64,000 nucleotides of DNA, taken from positions 1 through 64,000 of IMG/VR virus record IMGVR_UViG_3300037502_002729, one strand, 5' to 3'. This DNA comes from a virus. The position numbers were made by a program, and so were the translations under genes. Positions 28,848 to 39,559 of the stretch are shown here, in pieces; position 1 is the stretch's first letter; every line of letters begins with the position of its first letter. The notes under the pieces were generated by a model. It worked only from the letters and a program-made list of their open reading frames with translations, did not search any database and had not been told where the DNA came from.

Positions 28848-30401
28848 ATGAAATTAATTAATGTTACAAAAAGTTTAATACTAGAAGCATCAGCAAAAGA
28901 TGTTTTGGTGAATAAGTTAAAATTAAGTGATAAAGCCGCAGATTTCTTTGTTGAAAAATGTGGTAAATTGGCAATTATAATGGCTAATAAAATTATTGAA
29001 ACTATTGTAAAGAATAACCAAAAAGTTACAACAGAACAAGCAATTATTTTGCTAAATAAAGATTATAGAATCTTTAGTGAAAATTTGGTATCCATTATGG
29101 ACTGGATTAAGGTAGGTTTAAATGGTAATTTGGGAACTCATAAAAATGATGATTACCAAACATTAGTTAGGGAATCTAAAAAATGGCATGATGAATTAGA
29201 GGTTGGTTCTGGTATATATAATTATGAAGAGGATGAAGATAATATCATTCTTGATTTTAGGGATGAGGATGGTATGGGATTTTATTGGATAGATTTGCAG
29301 ACTTCATATTGTAATGATGAACAGAAAAGAATGGGACATTGTGCTTCAACTCGTGGTGATACTTTATTTTCATTGCGTGAAACAAGAAGAATAAATGATA
29401 AATTCACAATAAATAAAAGTCATTTAACAGCAGCCATAGAAGAACAAAGTGAGGGTTTTAAAATATTACAACTAAAAGGTCAGAAGAATTCAAAACCAGC
29501 ACAAAAATATCATAAATATATTGCTCAATTACTTATAGACCCAAAAGTTGATATTGTTGGGTTTGGTTCTGAATATGATTCAGCTAGTGATTTTAAATTA
29601 GCAGATTTAAATGATGATTTATTTAAACTTGTTATGAAACATAATGAAAAATTATTTGGAACTATTGCCTTATATTCTGCATACAAAAAAGGATTGATTG
29701 ATAAAGCACCACAGGTAGTTTTTGATATTTTTATAAAACCTGATGAAATGTATATATATGTTAATTCAGAGGACTATGATAGTAGAAGGCGATTAAAAAG
29801 TGGTGGCACAGAAACTATTAATTTTATTGAAAACTTCCTAGAAAATGGTTTGGATTATTTTGATTTTGATCACAATTGGAAAGATTTTACTTATTATACA
29901 AGTAGTGAATTAGAGGATAAAATTGAGGAATATTTAATAAATAATTTTAAAGATGAAATAAATGATTTAAATGAATCAAATGATGATGATGAATATTTTC
30001 AGGATTTAAACTTAGTTGATAAAATTGAAGAATTAGATATAGATGAACTTACTGATGTTATTAGGCAGGCAATGGATCGTGCTTATGAAAGTGCTTACTA
30101 TAATGATATTCATAAATGTATTGAAAAAGCATTATCTGATTATGGTGAGGTTTTAAAATCGAATTATGAGGGTGCATTAATAAGAGTTAATATTTTAGAT
30201 TTTAAAGATGTTATTGATTCTGCTAAAGTTTTATCCACAGCAGGAGAGGTCAAAGATGAGTTATATTGGTTAGTATATGAAGAAGAAAGGATAAGGAAAC
30301 CTAGGTTATATATTGATACTTATTCATATATTGATAAAAGTGAGTTTGTGGATATTTTTTATGAAGCATGTTTAGAAAATAATATACCAATAAAAAGATA
30401 A
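28848..30401 (+). CDS. hypothetical protein with PcfJ-like domain (paralog of 7119..8675)
   Basis: DWIKVGLNGN, ILDFRD, EQKRMGHC, LFSLR, QLKGQKNSKP, FGSEY. Confidence 0.6.
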   Translation: MKLINVTKSLILEASAKDVLVNKLKLSDKAADFFVEKCGKLAIIMANKIIETIVKNNQKVTTEQAIILLNKDYRIFSENLVSIMDWIKVGLNGNLGTHKNDDYQTLVRESKKWHDELEVGSGIYNYEEDEDNIILDFRDEDGMGFYWIDLQTSYCNDEQKRMGHCASTRGDTLFSLRETRRINDKFTINKSHLTAAIEEQSEGFKILQLKGQKNSKPAQKYHKYIAQLLIDPKVDIVGFGSEYDSASDFKLADLNDDLFKLVMKHNEKLFGTIALYSAYKKGLIDKAPQVVFDIFIKPDEMYIYVNSEDYDSRRRLKSGGTETINFIENFLENGLDYFDFDHNWKDFTYYTSSELEDKIEEYLINNFKDEINDLNESNDDDEYFQDLNLVDKIEELDIDELTDVIRQAMDRAYESAYYNDIHKCIEKALSDYGEVLKSNYEGALIRVNILDFKDVIDSAKVLSTAGEVKDELYWLVYEEERIRKPRLYIDTYSYIDKSEFVDIFYEACLENNIPIKR

Positions 30402-30414
30402 ATTTTAAAAAGAT

Positions 30415-32340
30415 ATGAGATTATTAAAATCATTAGAGCAATTAATCATTGAATCCAGGGTGGATGATATTTATGCCAAGTATTATAATGACATTCCAAG
30501 GAATATATTTGATAGAATTGTGAAAGCAGATCCCAAAACAAAAGTACAGAATGATGATGTCATTCTTATAGGGAAATATGCCAAAGTATTATTGAACATC
30601 TACAAGATTGGCAATATGCCAAATCTTGAGAACTTGGTTGAAGCCACAAGATACTTGAAAATTGTTTATGCAAAAAATTTGAGCATTGATTTGAAGTCTA
30701 TCAAGCAAATATCAGATTTGTATAATGTTGTAAAAGATTATATTGTATCTATTAATACACCAATACGAGAAATCTTAAAAGAATTGCCAAAAGATTCATA
30801 TGAACTTCTTCACAATGGTGAAAAATGGGTTGTATTTAGGCCAAAAACAGAGAAGGCAGCAGCCTGGCTTGGAGTTGGTTCATCCTGGTGTACAACTTGG
30901 GGTAAATACAGTTTAGACCCAGCATACAAAAGTAGGGGCAATTTATTTACAACATATAATTATGCTCCAATATATATTATGATTGATAAGAGTGATGAAA
31001 AACACAAATACCAATTTCAGTTTAAAAAGAATGAGTTTAGAGATATTAGAGATGGTATGATAAACGTTAAAGGATTTTTTAATAAACATGAAGAATTAAG
31101 GGAGTTTTATTTTCCATTATTAACCAACAAAGAAGGTATTTTTAGTGAGGATGTACAATTTGATAGAATGGATGCATTATCAGAAAAGTTTGCAGGTAAA
31201 TTAAATTATATTAGAATTCAAAGATTAATTGAAGCTGGTATAAGCAACCCAATTGCTTTGGCTTTTGCTGAAAATCAAACTTATGACCAAATGACAGAGT
31301 ATGATGAAGATGATGATGAGAGTATGGCACTTATTACTGATGGTAATATTGATAGTATCACATATGATGGGGCAAACATTGATTTTGAACTTAGAAGACC
31401 TTGTTCAAAGACAGGACAAAAATATAATTCAATAGGTGATTTAGAAAATCGTATTTCATACCTAGAAAGTGAAAAAAGGAATAATAATTTGTCTGATTCA
31501 ATTTATGATGAAAGGTATGATTTTAATGAAACATTAGAAAATTATGTAGATGATTATTTTGAAAAAAATAGTAATTCTATAAAGTATATGAATTATAATT
31601 TTGCAACATTAGATAAATTTAAAAAATATTTCTTACAACATATAAATAATAAAAACTCAAAATATTTTGATAAAATATTTGAGGCATATTCAGACAAAAC
31701 ATATGATGCAACCATATCAAATTATAATGGGGCAATAGAAAGAGATTTAGATGATATAAAAAAATACGCATATGTAACTGAAACAGGATATTATTCAAGG
31801 ACACAAGTTTTAAGTGTGAATTCTTATGAGTTTATACAATATGTTAATAGGCAAAGACTTACTGAAATAGATGATTTTTGTGAACTATTTGAAAATTATA
31901 TTGATTATGTTGATATTGTAACTGATGAATGGTATATTGAATATGATACTGTATATCCATCATATGGAGATATGCACCCAGTTATTGCAGATGTATTAGA
32001 AGATTTCATTATGGATGAGTTTGGTGATTTGGATGAGCCAAATCCTGAAAATTTAAGAATTAGAATGAAGTTGTTTGATATAATTGAAAAGTATTATAAG
32101 AATAATGATGAATATAATTGGGAATATAGAGATTACCCAAAAGTTTTTGATGGTTCACTTGTGAAGATATATTTAAATCCAGAAATTGATTTTGATGATG
32201 CAGATGTTAAAGTAATCTTGATTGATAAAAAGACAAAAAATAAATATACTGGAAATATGCCTGTTGATGAATTATATAATAATATGTTTAATTATAAATT
32301 AGACCTATTTTTGAATAATAGTGATGCAGAAGAAGTATAA
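30415..32340 (+). CDS. hypothetical protein with WCTT motif
   Basis: 641-aa ORF; GSSWCTT...KYQFQF; leader ending LIIES. Confidence 0.6.
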   Translation: MRLLKSLEQLIIESRVDDIYAKYYNDIPRNIFDRIVKADPKTKVQNDDVILIGKYAKVLLNIYKIGNMPNLENLVEATRYLKIVYAKNLSIDLKSIKQISDLYNVVKDYIVSINTPIREILKELPKDSYELLHNGEKWVVFRPKTEKAAAWLGVGSSWCTTWGKYSLDPAYKSRGNLFTTYNYAPIYIMIDKSDEKHKYQFQFKKNEFRDIRDGMINVKGFFNKHEELREFYFPLLTNKEGIFSEDVQFDRMDALSEKFAGKLNYIRIQRLIEAGISNPIALAFAENQTYDQMTEYDEDDDESMALITDGNIDSITYDGANIDFELRRPCSKTGQKYNSIGDLENRISYLESEKRNNNLSDSIYDERYDFNETLENYVDDYFEKNSNSIKYMNYNFATLDKFKKYFLQHINNKNSKYFDKIFEAYSDKTYDATISNYNGAIERDLDDIKKYAYVTETGYYSRTQVLSVNSYEFIQYVNRQRLTEIDDFCELFENYIDYVDIVTDEWYIEYDTVYPSYGDMHPVIADVLEDFIMDEFGDLDEPNPENLRIRMKLFDIIEKYYKNNDEYNWEYRDYPKVFDGSLVKIYLNPEIDFDDADVKVILIDKKTKNKYTGNMPVDELYNNMFNYKLDLFLNNSDAEEV

Positions 32341-32342
32341 AT

Positions 32343-32378
32343 AAAAAACCCCCTACTTTATTATGGTAGGGGGTTTTT
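32343..32378. terminator. bidirectional terminator
   Basis: AAAAAACCCCCTAC...GTAGGGGGTTTTT. Confidence 0.75.
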
Positions 32379-32384
32379 AGATTG

Positions 32385-32597
32385 TTATTTTTCAATAAAC
32401 ATATTTGTTACATTTACTGGAAATCTTGCAACAGGATAAGTTTTTTCATCCTCATCTTTCTGTTTAACCTCATAGTACCCATCATAGATTTTTACTGTTG
32501 GAACTGAACCAAATTTACATATAATAGTACCTTCTGGTTTTGGTCCATCATAAAGTCTTACAGTTTTTTCTGTTGTGTTGAAAAGTAGTGTCTGCAT
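32385..32597 (-). CDS. hypothetical protein
   Basis: 70-aa ORF. Confidence 0.6.
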   Translation of the reverse strand: MQTLLFNTTEKTVRLYDGPKPEGTIICKFGSVPTVKIYDGYYEVKQKDEDEKTYPVARFPVNVTNMFIEK

Positions 32598-32667
32598 TTT
32601 GTTTTGTTTTTAAATGTTTATGTGACGTATTTGTCTTAGTTTAAATATATGCAATATAGAAATAAAA

Positions 32668-33114
32668 TCAATATAACAATGGTTTTACATCCCCAAATTT
32701 AAATGTATGATTTGAATCAAAGGTAATATCTTCAATAATAGTTACATTCATATTAAAGAATAATTTATCAAAATCATCAATTGTTGCATTTTTGTTATTA
32801 TCAGAATACTCCAAATAAAATTTTATAACTTCTTTTGGTGTATATTTGCCAAATTGGAAATCCAAATGTTTTTTATTTAGTAAATATTTATATCCCATTT
32901 TGGTTGAGCCAATAATGTTATATAATTTATTCTTTGAGACAGAAAAATAGGTTGATTCACCCTTAACTTTAATTAAATTGTGTGTATTATTTGCATATCC
33001 AATTATCTCACCAAATGTTTGATATCCAGAAATAAATATATAGAGACCAACATCAATAGTTGATATTGGTTCTCCTATATAATATTCACCATCTTTATAT
33101 CTAATTAATATCAT
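32668..33114 (-). CDS. hypothetical protein
   Basis: 148-aa ORF coupled by an ATGA overlap. Confidence 0.55.
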   Translation of the reverse strand: MILIRYKDGEYYIGEPISTIDVGLYIFISGYQTFGEIIGYANNTHNLIKVKGESTYFSVSKNKLYNIIGSTKMGYKYLLNKKHLDFQFGKYTPKEVIKFYLEYSDNNKNATIDDFDKLFFNMNVTIIEDITFDSNHTFKFGDVKPLLY

Positions 33115-33764
33115 CCCACAACATTTAAAAGTTCTTCAGTGTGGTGATCAAACCCCATATCTGATGCAATAGGTTGTTTGTTTAATAAAGCAACAACTTC
33201 TGTCAAATTGTATGGTCTAAATTCTGGGTGTCCATCCATCCCCACATCAATTCTTTTCCCTTTTCCAAACCTTTTATTGGTTGTAAGGTGGCAGTGTCCA
33301 TGTAGGTGCATTATGCCCTTATTTAAGCCATTCCAGGATGCTATGGGGTAGTGGCATAATACAAACTTATTACCATCAACATCAAGTTCAACATAGGAAT
33401 TAACACTCATAAACAACCTCTGGATGTCAGACTTGTTCTTTTCAATATGCTCATCATGATTGCCTAATACTAGGTGTATGTTTTTACATATTAGCCTATC
33501 ATAGAACTCTTGGATTGAATCAAATCCACCAAATGACCAATCACCCAAGCATATTAATAAATCATCCTGGTTGACAACTGCATTTATGTTATTCACAATA
33601 GCAGCATTCATTTTGTCTAATGTTTCAAAATCCCGGGTATTGTTTATGGGGATTTCACCATCTTTGGTTCTCCAATTGGTTGTACCCCTACATATATTCT
33701 TGTGGTTATAGTGGGGATCACTAAATACCCAGATTTGCCTTTCTTTTTTTAATTTTAATTTCAT
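33111..33764 (-). CDS. calcineurin-like metallophosphoesterase
   Basis: SDPH, LGDW, GNHD, LCHYP, HLHGHCH; start re-assigned to MKLKLK; TATATTTG box at 33787-33794. Confidence 0.88.
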   Translation of the reverse strand: MKLKLKKERQIWVFSDPHYNHKNICRGTTNWRTKDGEIPINNTRDFETLDKMNAAIVNNINAVVNQDDLLICLGDWSFGGFDSIQEFYDRLICKNIHLVLGNHDEHIEKNKSDIQRLFMSVNSYVELDVDGNKFVLCHYPIASWNGLNKGIMHLHGHCHLTTNKRFGKGKRIDVGMDGHPEFRPYNLTEVVALLNKQPIASDMGFDHHTEELLNVVG

Positions 33765-33839
33765 TTGTGTTATGTTTTGTGGAGTACAAATATACAAAAA
33801 AAAATACAATAATGCTATATTTATAGAAAAAATAAAATT

Positions 33840-34424
33840 ATGAAAAATACTTTTAGATTAACAGAATCAGATTTGGTTAGACTTGTGAAAAGGGTTACTA
33901 ATGAAAACAGAATATTAGAACAAAAATCAGGTAAATCATATAATATATATTTAGCTGGACCTAATGTTTTTAAAAAAGATGCCATTGAGGATTTAAATAA
34001 AATGAAAGAAATTTCAAAAAAATATAATCAGATTGGTAATGCACCCATTGATAATGAAGTTGACTTCACTAAAGTTGGTGCAGCAACTAGAATATTCCAT
34101 GGAAATATTGAGATGATGGATATGTGTGATGTTATTATTGCAAATCTTGAGCCATTTAGAGGTCCAAATGTTGATGATGGCACAGCTTTTGAATTAGGTT
34201 ATGGTTATTCAAAAAATAAAATTATGTATGGGTATATGACTCATTCAGATAGGGAATTAAAAGATATTACTGCTGATTTATATGGAGATGATGAAAAATT
34301 TCCACATGTTGAGAATTTTAAATATCCAAGAAACTTGATGATTGTTGATTCTATTCGTTCTTCAGGTGGCAACATATTCAAAACATTTGAAGAGTGTGTT
34401 AAACACTTGGTTGAAAACCATTAA
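33840..34424 (+). CDS. nucleoside 2-deoxyribosyltransferase family protein with N-terminal leader
   Basis: IYLAGP, CDVIIANL, DDGTAFELGY; extra MKNTFRLTESDL...ILEQ extension. Confidence 0.85.
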   Translation: MKNTFRLTESDLVRLVKRVTNENRILEQKSGKSYNIYLAGPNVFKKDAIEDLNKMKEISKKYNQIGNAPIDNEVDFTKVGAATRIFHGNIEMMDMCDVIIANLEPFRGPNVDDGTAFELGYGYSKNKIMYGYMTHSDRELKDITADLYGDDEKFPHVENFKYPRNLMIVDSIRSSGGNIFKTFEECVKHLVENH

Positions 34425-34439
34425 TTTTTTTGTAAAAAA

Positions 34440-34904
34440 CTACATAAACCAATAAGGGATATCTCTATTTTTCCAGGTAGCAAACCTTTTTTTGTCACCA
34501 ATATAATAGTTCCTATATGATTGGACATAATCATCTACTTTATATTGTTCTGGCATTGCAAGTGCAGGTTTAGTAAAACCAATATCTTTAATTTCTGGAA
34601 GATTATCTAAGCACCAATGAATCACATCTGTTGATTTATGGTGCTTTTTGTATCTATATGTGTATTCTTTTGATAGTTCAAGACCTAATTCACATAATAC
34701 TAAATAATTTGTTAATGAAGTTCTACACCAGATGGAACATGGGTGGTTCTTATGAGCCAATTTATATGGAACATCAACTACATCACACATATGATGAACA
34801 GAACATAACAATTGTGCAGTTTCCAATATCATCTTAACAACATGTTTATCACAATGATATTGGGCATTTAGTTGTGGATTTTCATCCAGAAAGAAAATGT
34901 TCAT
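34440..34904 (-). CDS. pyrimidine dimer DNA glycosylase/DenV-like family protein
   Basis: MNIFFLD, HCDKHVVKMILETAQLL, HKNHPC, AMP, YRNYY; TATCTTTG box at 34918-34925. Confidence 0.75.
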   Translation of the reverse strand: MNIFFLDENPQLNAQYHCDKHVVKMILETAQLLCSVHHMCDVVDVPYKLAHKNHPCSIWCRTSLTNYLVLCELGLELSKEYTYRYKKHHKSTDVIHWCLDNLPEIKDIGFTKPALAMPEQYKVDDYVQSYRNYYIGDKKRFATWKNRDIPYWFM

Positions 34905-34971
34905 ATGTTTTTTTTTGCAAAGATACTAAAATTTTATAAACTACATAATATTTATAATAAAACTTAAAATT

Positions 34972-35520
34972 ATGAATTCTTATTTTTTTAAAATAACAGA
35001 TCAAGAGCAAAAAGACATTTTAGCAAAACATAGGGAACTATATAATGGATATCTTTCTATGCAGCCAAAAGTTAATCCACAAAGGATTTCAATGTATGAT
35101 GATATTTCTGATAAGCAAGGATTTACTTTAAAAAATTCTGATTTAATTAGAGAAGGTAAAACTGGCATGTGTTCTGAATGTGGTGGTAGAATGTATGAAG
35201 GTGAATGCTCTGAATGTGGCTCAATGAATGAAGGTTGGAATACAGAAGACATTGACAATGAAAATAAAATGGATTTTATTGAAATGGATGAAATGTATGA
35301 TGATATGGATGAAACTATCTATGAATTTGAGTATGATGAATATGACGAAATGAGTCCAATGGTTGAAGCATTTGTTAGAGAATCTAAAAAATTAATTTTA
35401 TCTGAATCAAGAAAAAAGAAATCTAAAAAAATTATTAATGAAAATTATATAAAAAATAATCCTATTAATGACAAATTAACTGAAATCAAAAACTTTATGC
35501 ATAGGATTGCAAAATATTAA
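34972..35520 (+). CDS. hypothetical protein with Zn-ribbon
   Basis: CSECGGRMYEGECSECG; acidic stretch. Confidence 0.6.
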   Translation: MNSYFFKITDQEQKDILAKHRELYNGYLSMQPKVNPQRISMYDDISDKQGFTLKNSDLIREGKTGMCSECGGRMYEGECSECGSMNEGWNTEDIDNENKMDFIEMDEMYDDMDETIYEFEYDEYDEMSPMVEAFVRESKKLILSESRKKKSKKIINENYIKNNPINDKLTEIKNFMHRIAKY

Positions 35521-35523
35521 AAA

Positions 35524-35826
35524 ATGGAAATTAAAGAACTTACAGCATTTTTTGTTGATAAAGAAACAAATATACTTGATGTTACATTTAGATTAATTGA
35601 TGATTCTGATGATACTATTAGACAGGATCAAATTGATTATGATTTGGCAGAAGAGTATGGGTATTCAATAATTCCAAATCAATTATCAATTCCAGATGAT
35701 GAGTTACCTGATTCTGAAATTGATGAATTTGAGGATATTGATGTTGATAAATTAGAATTAATAAATTTCTTAACTGAATATTACACAGTTAATCCAAATT
35801 TATTACCAAAACCACAAAATTATTAA
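35524..35826 (+). CDS. acidic hypothetical protein
   Basis: 100-aa ORF in operon. Confidence 0.6.
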   Translation: MEIKELTAFFVDKETNILDVTFRLIDDSDDTIRQDQIDYDLAEEYGYSIIPNQLSIPDDELPDSEIDEFEDIDVDKLELINFLTEYYTVNPNLLPKPQNY

Positions 35827-35828
35827 TT

Positions 35829-36053
35829 ATGAAATTTAAAAAACAATTTGGAGAACAAGAAGAAGCACCAGCATCAAATGGTGGAACACCAGCATCAAAA
35901 TGGGAATCAGGAGCAACAAGAGGCAAAGCCAATCCTATTGATAGCAAATCAAAATGGGAATCAGGAGCAACAAGAGGCAAAGCCAATCCTATTGATAGCA
36001 AATCAAAATGGGAATCAGGAGCAACAAGAGGAAAAGCCAATCCTTTAAATTAA
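35829..36053 (+). CDS. small protein built of SKWESGATRGKANP repeats
   Basis: Three repeats in a 74-aa ORF. Confidence 0.65.
   Translation: MKFKKQFGEQEEAPASNGGTPASKWESGATRGKANPIDSKSKWESGATRGKANPIDSKSKWESGATRGKANPLN
35894..36044. repeat. 54-bp tandem repeat, ~2.8 copies
   Basis: Units begin at 35894, 35948 and 36002. Confidence 0.9.
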
Positions 36054-36061
36054 ATAATAAA

Positions 36062-37060
36062 ATGAAACAATTCATAATAACTGAGCAAGAGAAGTATAAT
36101 ATCTTAAAACAATATGGATTGTTTGAACAAAACAAAACATACCCATATAGAAGGCCTGGTGAACAATATTATACACCACCAACTGGACCATTTGCACCTC
36201 CACCAACAAAAGATGAATGGAAGTTAAGTGGAATGCCAACAAAAGAAGACTGGGAAGATTGGTTAATTACAATGTATGAGCCAAGAATAAAAATTCCAGT
36301 TCCTATTTTGGGTGAAATAAAAATGAGTGTAATGGATATTGCTTCAATTTTTGCAAACCTTATACCTTATATTGGTCCATATGTTTCAATAGCATTAGAT
36401 GCTAGTAGTGCTGCTTACTTTACAAGTAAAGGGAATAATTATGAGGCTGGGTTAAGAGCATTATTTATGATAATACCAGGAGTACAACTTCCAATAGTTC
36501 AAAAATTTGGGAAAGAAAAATTAATAAAACTTTTAGCAAAAGTAGAAAATTTAAAGGGAGATGTTAATTTAGCATCAAATTTATCAAAAGAAGAAATGAG
36601 AGATATTGTTTATATATTTAGATATTTTAGACAAAATAAAGAATCAATTAAATTAATATTATCAAAAAGTGCAAAAATAATTGTATCTCTTGGACGTCTT
36701 TCTAAAATAATGTCAGGAATGACAATTGCTCAGTTTATGAGCGCAATGCATAGATTGTACAAAATAAACCCAAAACATCATTTATTTACTAAAGGTAGTA
36801 AAGTTTTATTAAATATATTTACACAATTTGGAATACCTTTTGGGTTATACAAAGGTTGGGATTATTTTTGGAATAAATATGCTTCTGAATATGAAAAACT
36901 TAAAAAGAATAACTATGATAAAGTTGGAAAAAAAACTAGTAATGAGATTATTTTAGATATAATGGAAGCTGGTGAGGATTTTTATTTAAAAGAAGAAACA
37001 ATGGAACAATTTTTTAACTCAATATATGAGTCTAAAGAAGACCAAAAAAACTTTAAATAA
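36062..37060 (+). CDS. hypothetical protein with leader and pre-toxin-TG-like hairpin
   Basis: Start re-assigned to MKQFIITEQEK; DIASIFANLIPYIG...AAYF...EAGL...IPG. Confidence 0.6.
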   Translation: MKQFIITEQEKYNILKQYGLFEQNKTYPYRRPGEQYYTPPTGPFAPPPTKDEWKLSGMPTKEDWEDWLITMYEPRIKIPVPILGEIKMSVMDIASIFANLIPYIGPYVSIALDASSAAYFTSKGNNYEAGLRALFMIIPGVQLPIVQKFGKEKLIKLLAKVENLKGDVNLASNLSKEEMRDIVYIFRYFRQNKESIKLILSKSAKIIVSLGRLSKIMSGMTIAQFMSAMHRLYKINPKHHLFTKGSKVLLNIFTQFGIPFGLYKGWDYFWNKYASEYEKLKKNNYDKVGKKTSNEIILDIMEAGEDFYLKEETMEQFFNSIYESKEDQKNFK

Positions 37061-39555
37061 TGGAAAAAAATATTTTATTAGAAATAAATAGAAATTTAGA
37101 ATTAATGGGAGGTAAACAATTGTTAACAGAAGCTAAATATCCAACCTTTAATCCAAAGATATCAGATAACATTATTGATAATTTAAAATCATTTGAGGGG
37201 TATATTACTAAACAAAATTTAAGGTATAAATTACCACAAATAAATGATTTAATTAAAAAATTAGATGACAACTATCCAAAATCGCTTGAAATAGCAAGTG
37301 AGTTCATAAATAATCCAATTTTTACTTATGGTGAAAAAATATCATTTTTTTCTAATTTATTTAAAATTAATTATAATAATTTAAATCAAATAGTTGAAGC
37401 TTATACTAATATAAGAGGTACTATACAGGATAGAGAATTATTTTTGAATTCTTATGTAAAATCCTTTCCTGAATCAGATGTTGGAAATTTTTTTAAAAAA
37501 ATAATTCCATTATTGTCTAAAACAAATAAAAATCACAATAGAAATATAATTAAATTTTATGAAAAATTTTATGATTTTGTTAAAAATAAAAATATAAACA
37601 TAGATTTAGGACAGTTAAATCAAAAAATAGATGCTATTTTTAGTAATCCTAATATAGCACAAAATGTCAAATTTAATTTGTTACTAAAATTAACAGGTTT
37701 AAATAAAGAAAAAATATATGAATTTTATGGTAAATTACTAAATTTATATAACAAAAGCGAAATAAATACACGAGTTAAAACTAATATAAATCATTTCTTA
37801 GAAACAGGTGATGAATTAAGTAGAACTAGATTACAAGATGTAAAAGAAATAAAAAAATTATTTGAAGAAATTAATATTAATGATGGTGCAAGTATGTCTG
37901 CTATATTAGCCTATTTGCCTTTTTTTTATAAAAAAGGTGCATTTGGTGGTAGGATAGGTGCATTAAAGGGTACAGGTGCAAAGGTATTAGGTGAAAAAGC
38001 TCTAATACTTTTTGCAAGATTATTTCCAATACATATTAAACATTTGTATGATGCTTTATCTATTTTTTTTATTTCTCAAAAAAGAAGTAAGGCAGCAATA
38101 GAAGGTAAACTAATTAGTATTATTAATGATTGGGGAACAGCACTTAATTCTATTGAAATTTATAATGATAGTATTAAAAAAGGTATTTTTCCAGCTAAAC
38201 CACCAAACTTCAATGAAATTAAGTTTAAATATGAAAAACAAATAAAAAATTTATTGGGTGGGTACATTCTTATAACAAATAAAACATTAGCTCAAACTTT
38301 AATCCCAGAATTAAAAAAAATAATAGATGTTATAAATACAAATAAACAATTTAAATATGATAAATTAGATTTAATACAAATTTTAAATGAACAAGTTAAG
38401 GAGTTGACTGAAGCAAGTACTGATGCTAAAGTTCCAATAAAATTTATTGAATTTTTAGATACTTTAGATTCAATCCAAATTGATCCTAACATTAGACCAG
38501 CCAGTAAAAAAGAGAAAATTTTTGATTTGATGTTTTCAACATATCATATGCCTATTGATGTTAATAATTTGAAAAAAACTTTAACAGAACGTATAAAAAA
38601 TATAGTAAGTGCTGATAACCTCAAAAAAATACTCACAAATGGTTTAAAGACAGTTATCTATGGAGCACCAATTAATCCTATATTGATAAGAAGATGTTTT
38701 AAAATTTATAAAGATGAGATAATAAAAAATAAAGGTAGAAAGGGATTTCCAAAACTTTTTTACCAAGTTAAAATTATATTACATGCTTATTTGACATATG
38801 TGTTTGTCTCAATAATTATTAGGTTTTTATATGGTATTTTTATTACATTAGCTAATGCAATTACTTTATATCCTAGATGGCTTTTTGACCAACAATATAA
38901 TTTAGAAAGTAGTGATAATTCTAAATGGCAAGGGTTAGTGAATAATAATTATGAGAAAGCAATTATAGAAGCAAAAAATAATAATGAATCATTTATTAAA
39001 ACATTTCTTTTTTATGAACTTAAAAAAAATATATTACCAATATTAGAAAATACTATTAATTCAACAGCAGATAAAGATTTTACAAATGTTCTAAAAAGTT
39101 TTGGATCAGAATGGTATAAATTACTTATACCACCTGAATTATTAAATTTTGAAACAGGTATTATGTCTAAAGTATGGAAAATTGCTATTGGGTATATAAC
39201 AAAAGAAGATTATAGTAGTTTTATTGCTGCAATAAATGATGTTTTATATCGCATAAAAGAAGATTTGCTTAAAAGTCTTAGAAATATAAATTTAAATCAA
39301 ACAAACACAACATCTACTACAAACCAAACCATTTATAAAACATATAATTATGATTCTATGTATAATAAAACCTTTGTTCCTTATTTTACATATGAAAATA
39401 TAAAGTCAATTAAATTAAATAATATTGATATTAGTAGAAACGTAATAAAAAATCAAAGAGGAGGTATTATAATAAAAGATGTTCAAAGAAATGATGTTGA
39501 AAATATTGTAATAACAAGCAAATATAATAATAACATATATAAACTAAAAAATTAA
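37060..39555 (+). CDS. large helical hypothetical protein with TM segment
   Basis: 831 aa; leader MEKNILLEINRNLELM...LLTEA. Confidence 0.65.
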   Translation: MEKNILLEINRNLELMGGKQLLTEAKYPTFNPKISDNIIDNLKSFEGYITKQNLRYKLPQINDLIKKLDDNYPKSLEIASEFINNPIFTYGEKISFFSNLFKINYNNLNQIVEAYTNIRGTIQDRELFLNSYVKSFPESDVGNFFKKIIPLLSKTNKNHNRNIIKFYEKFYDFVKNKNINIDLGQLNQKIDAIFSNPNIAQNVKFNLLLKLTGLNKEKIYEFYGKLLNLYNKSEINTRVKTNINHFLETGDELSRTRLQDVKEIKKLFEEININDGASMSAILAYLPFFYKKGAFGGRIGALKGTGAKVLGEKALILFARLFPIHIKHLYDALSIFFISQKRSKAAIEGKLISIINDWGTALNSIEIYNDSIKKGIFPAKPPNFNEIKFKYEKQIKNLLGGYILITNKTLAQTLIPELKKIIDVINTNKQFKYDKLDLIQILNEQVKELTEASTDAKVPIKFIEFLDTLDSIQIDPNIRPASKKEKIFDLMFSTYHMPIDVNNLKKTLTERIKNIVSADNLKKILTNGLKTVIYGAPINPILIRRCFKIYKDEIIKNKGRKGFPKLFYQVKIILHAYLTYVFVSIIIRFLYGIFITLANAITLYPRWLFDQQYNLESSDNSKWQGLVNNNYEKAIIEAKNNNESFIKTFLFYELKKNILPILENTINSTADKDFTNVLKSFGSEWYKLLIPPELLNFETGIMSKVWKIAIGYITKEDYSSFIAAINDVLYRIKEDLLKSLRNINLNQTNTTSTTNQTIYKTYNYDSMYNKTFVPYFTYENIKSIKLNNIDISRNVIKNQRGGIIIKDVQRNDVENIVITSKYNNNIYKLKN

Positions 39556-39559
39556 TAAT

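Noticed and set aside
35894-36044. Possible CRISPR array
   Set aside because: Units are contiguous with no unique spacers, keep the reading frame (54 bp), and no cas genes are present
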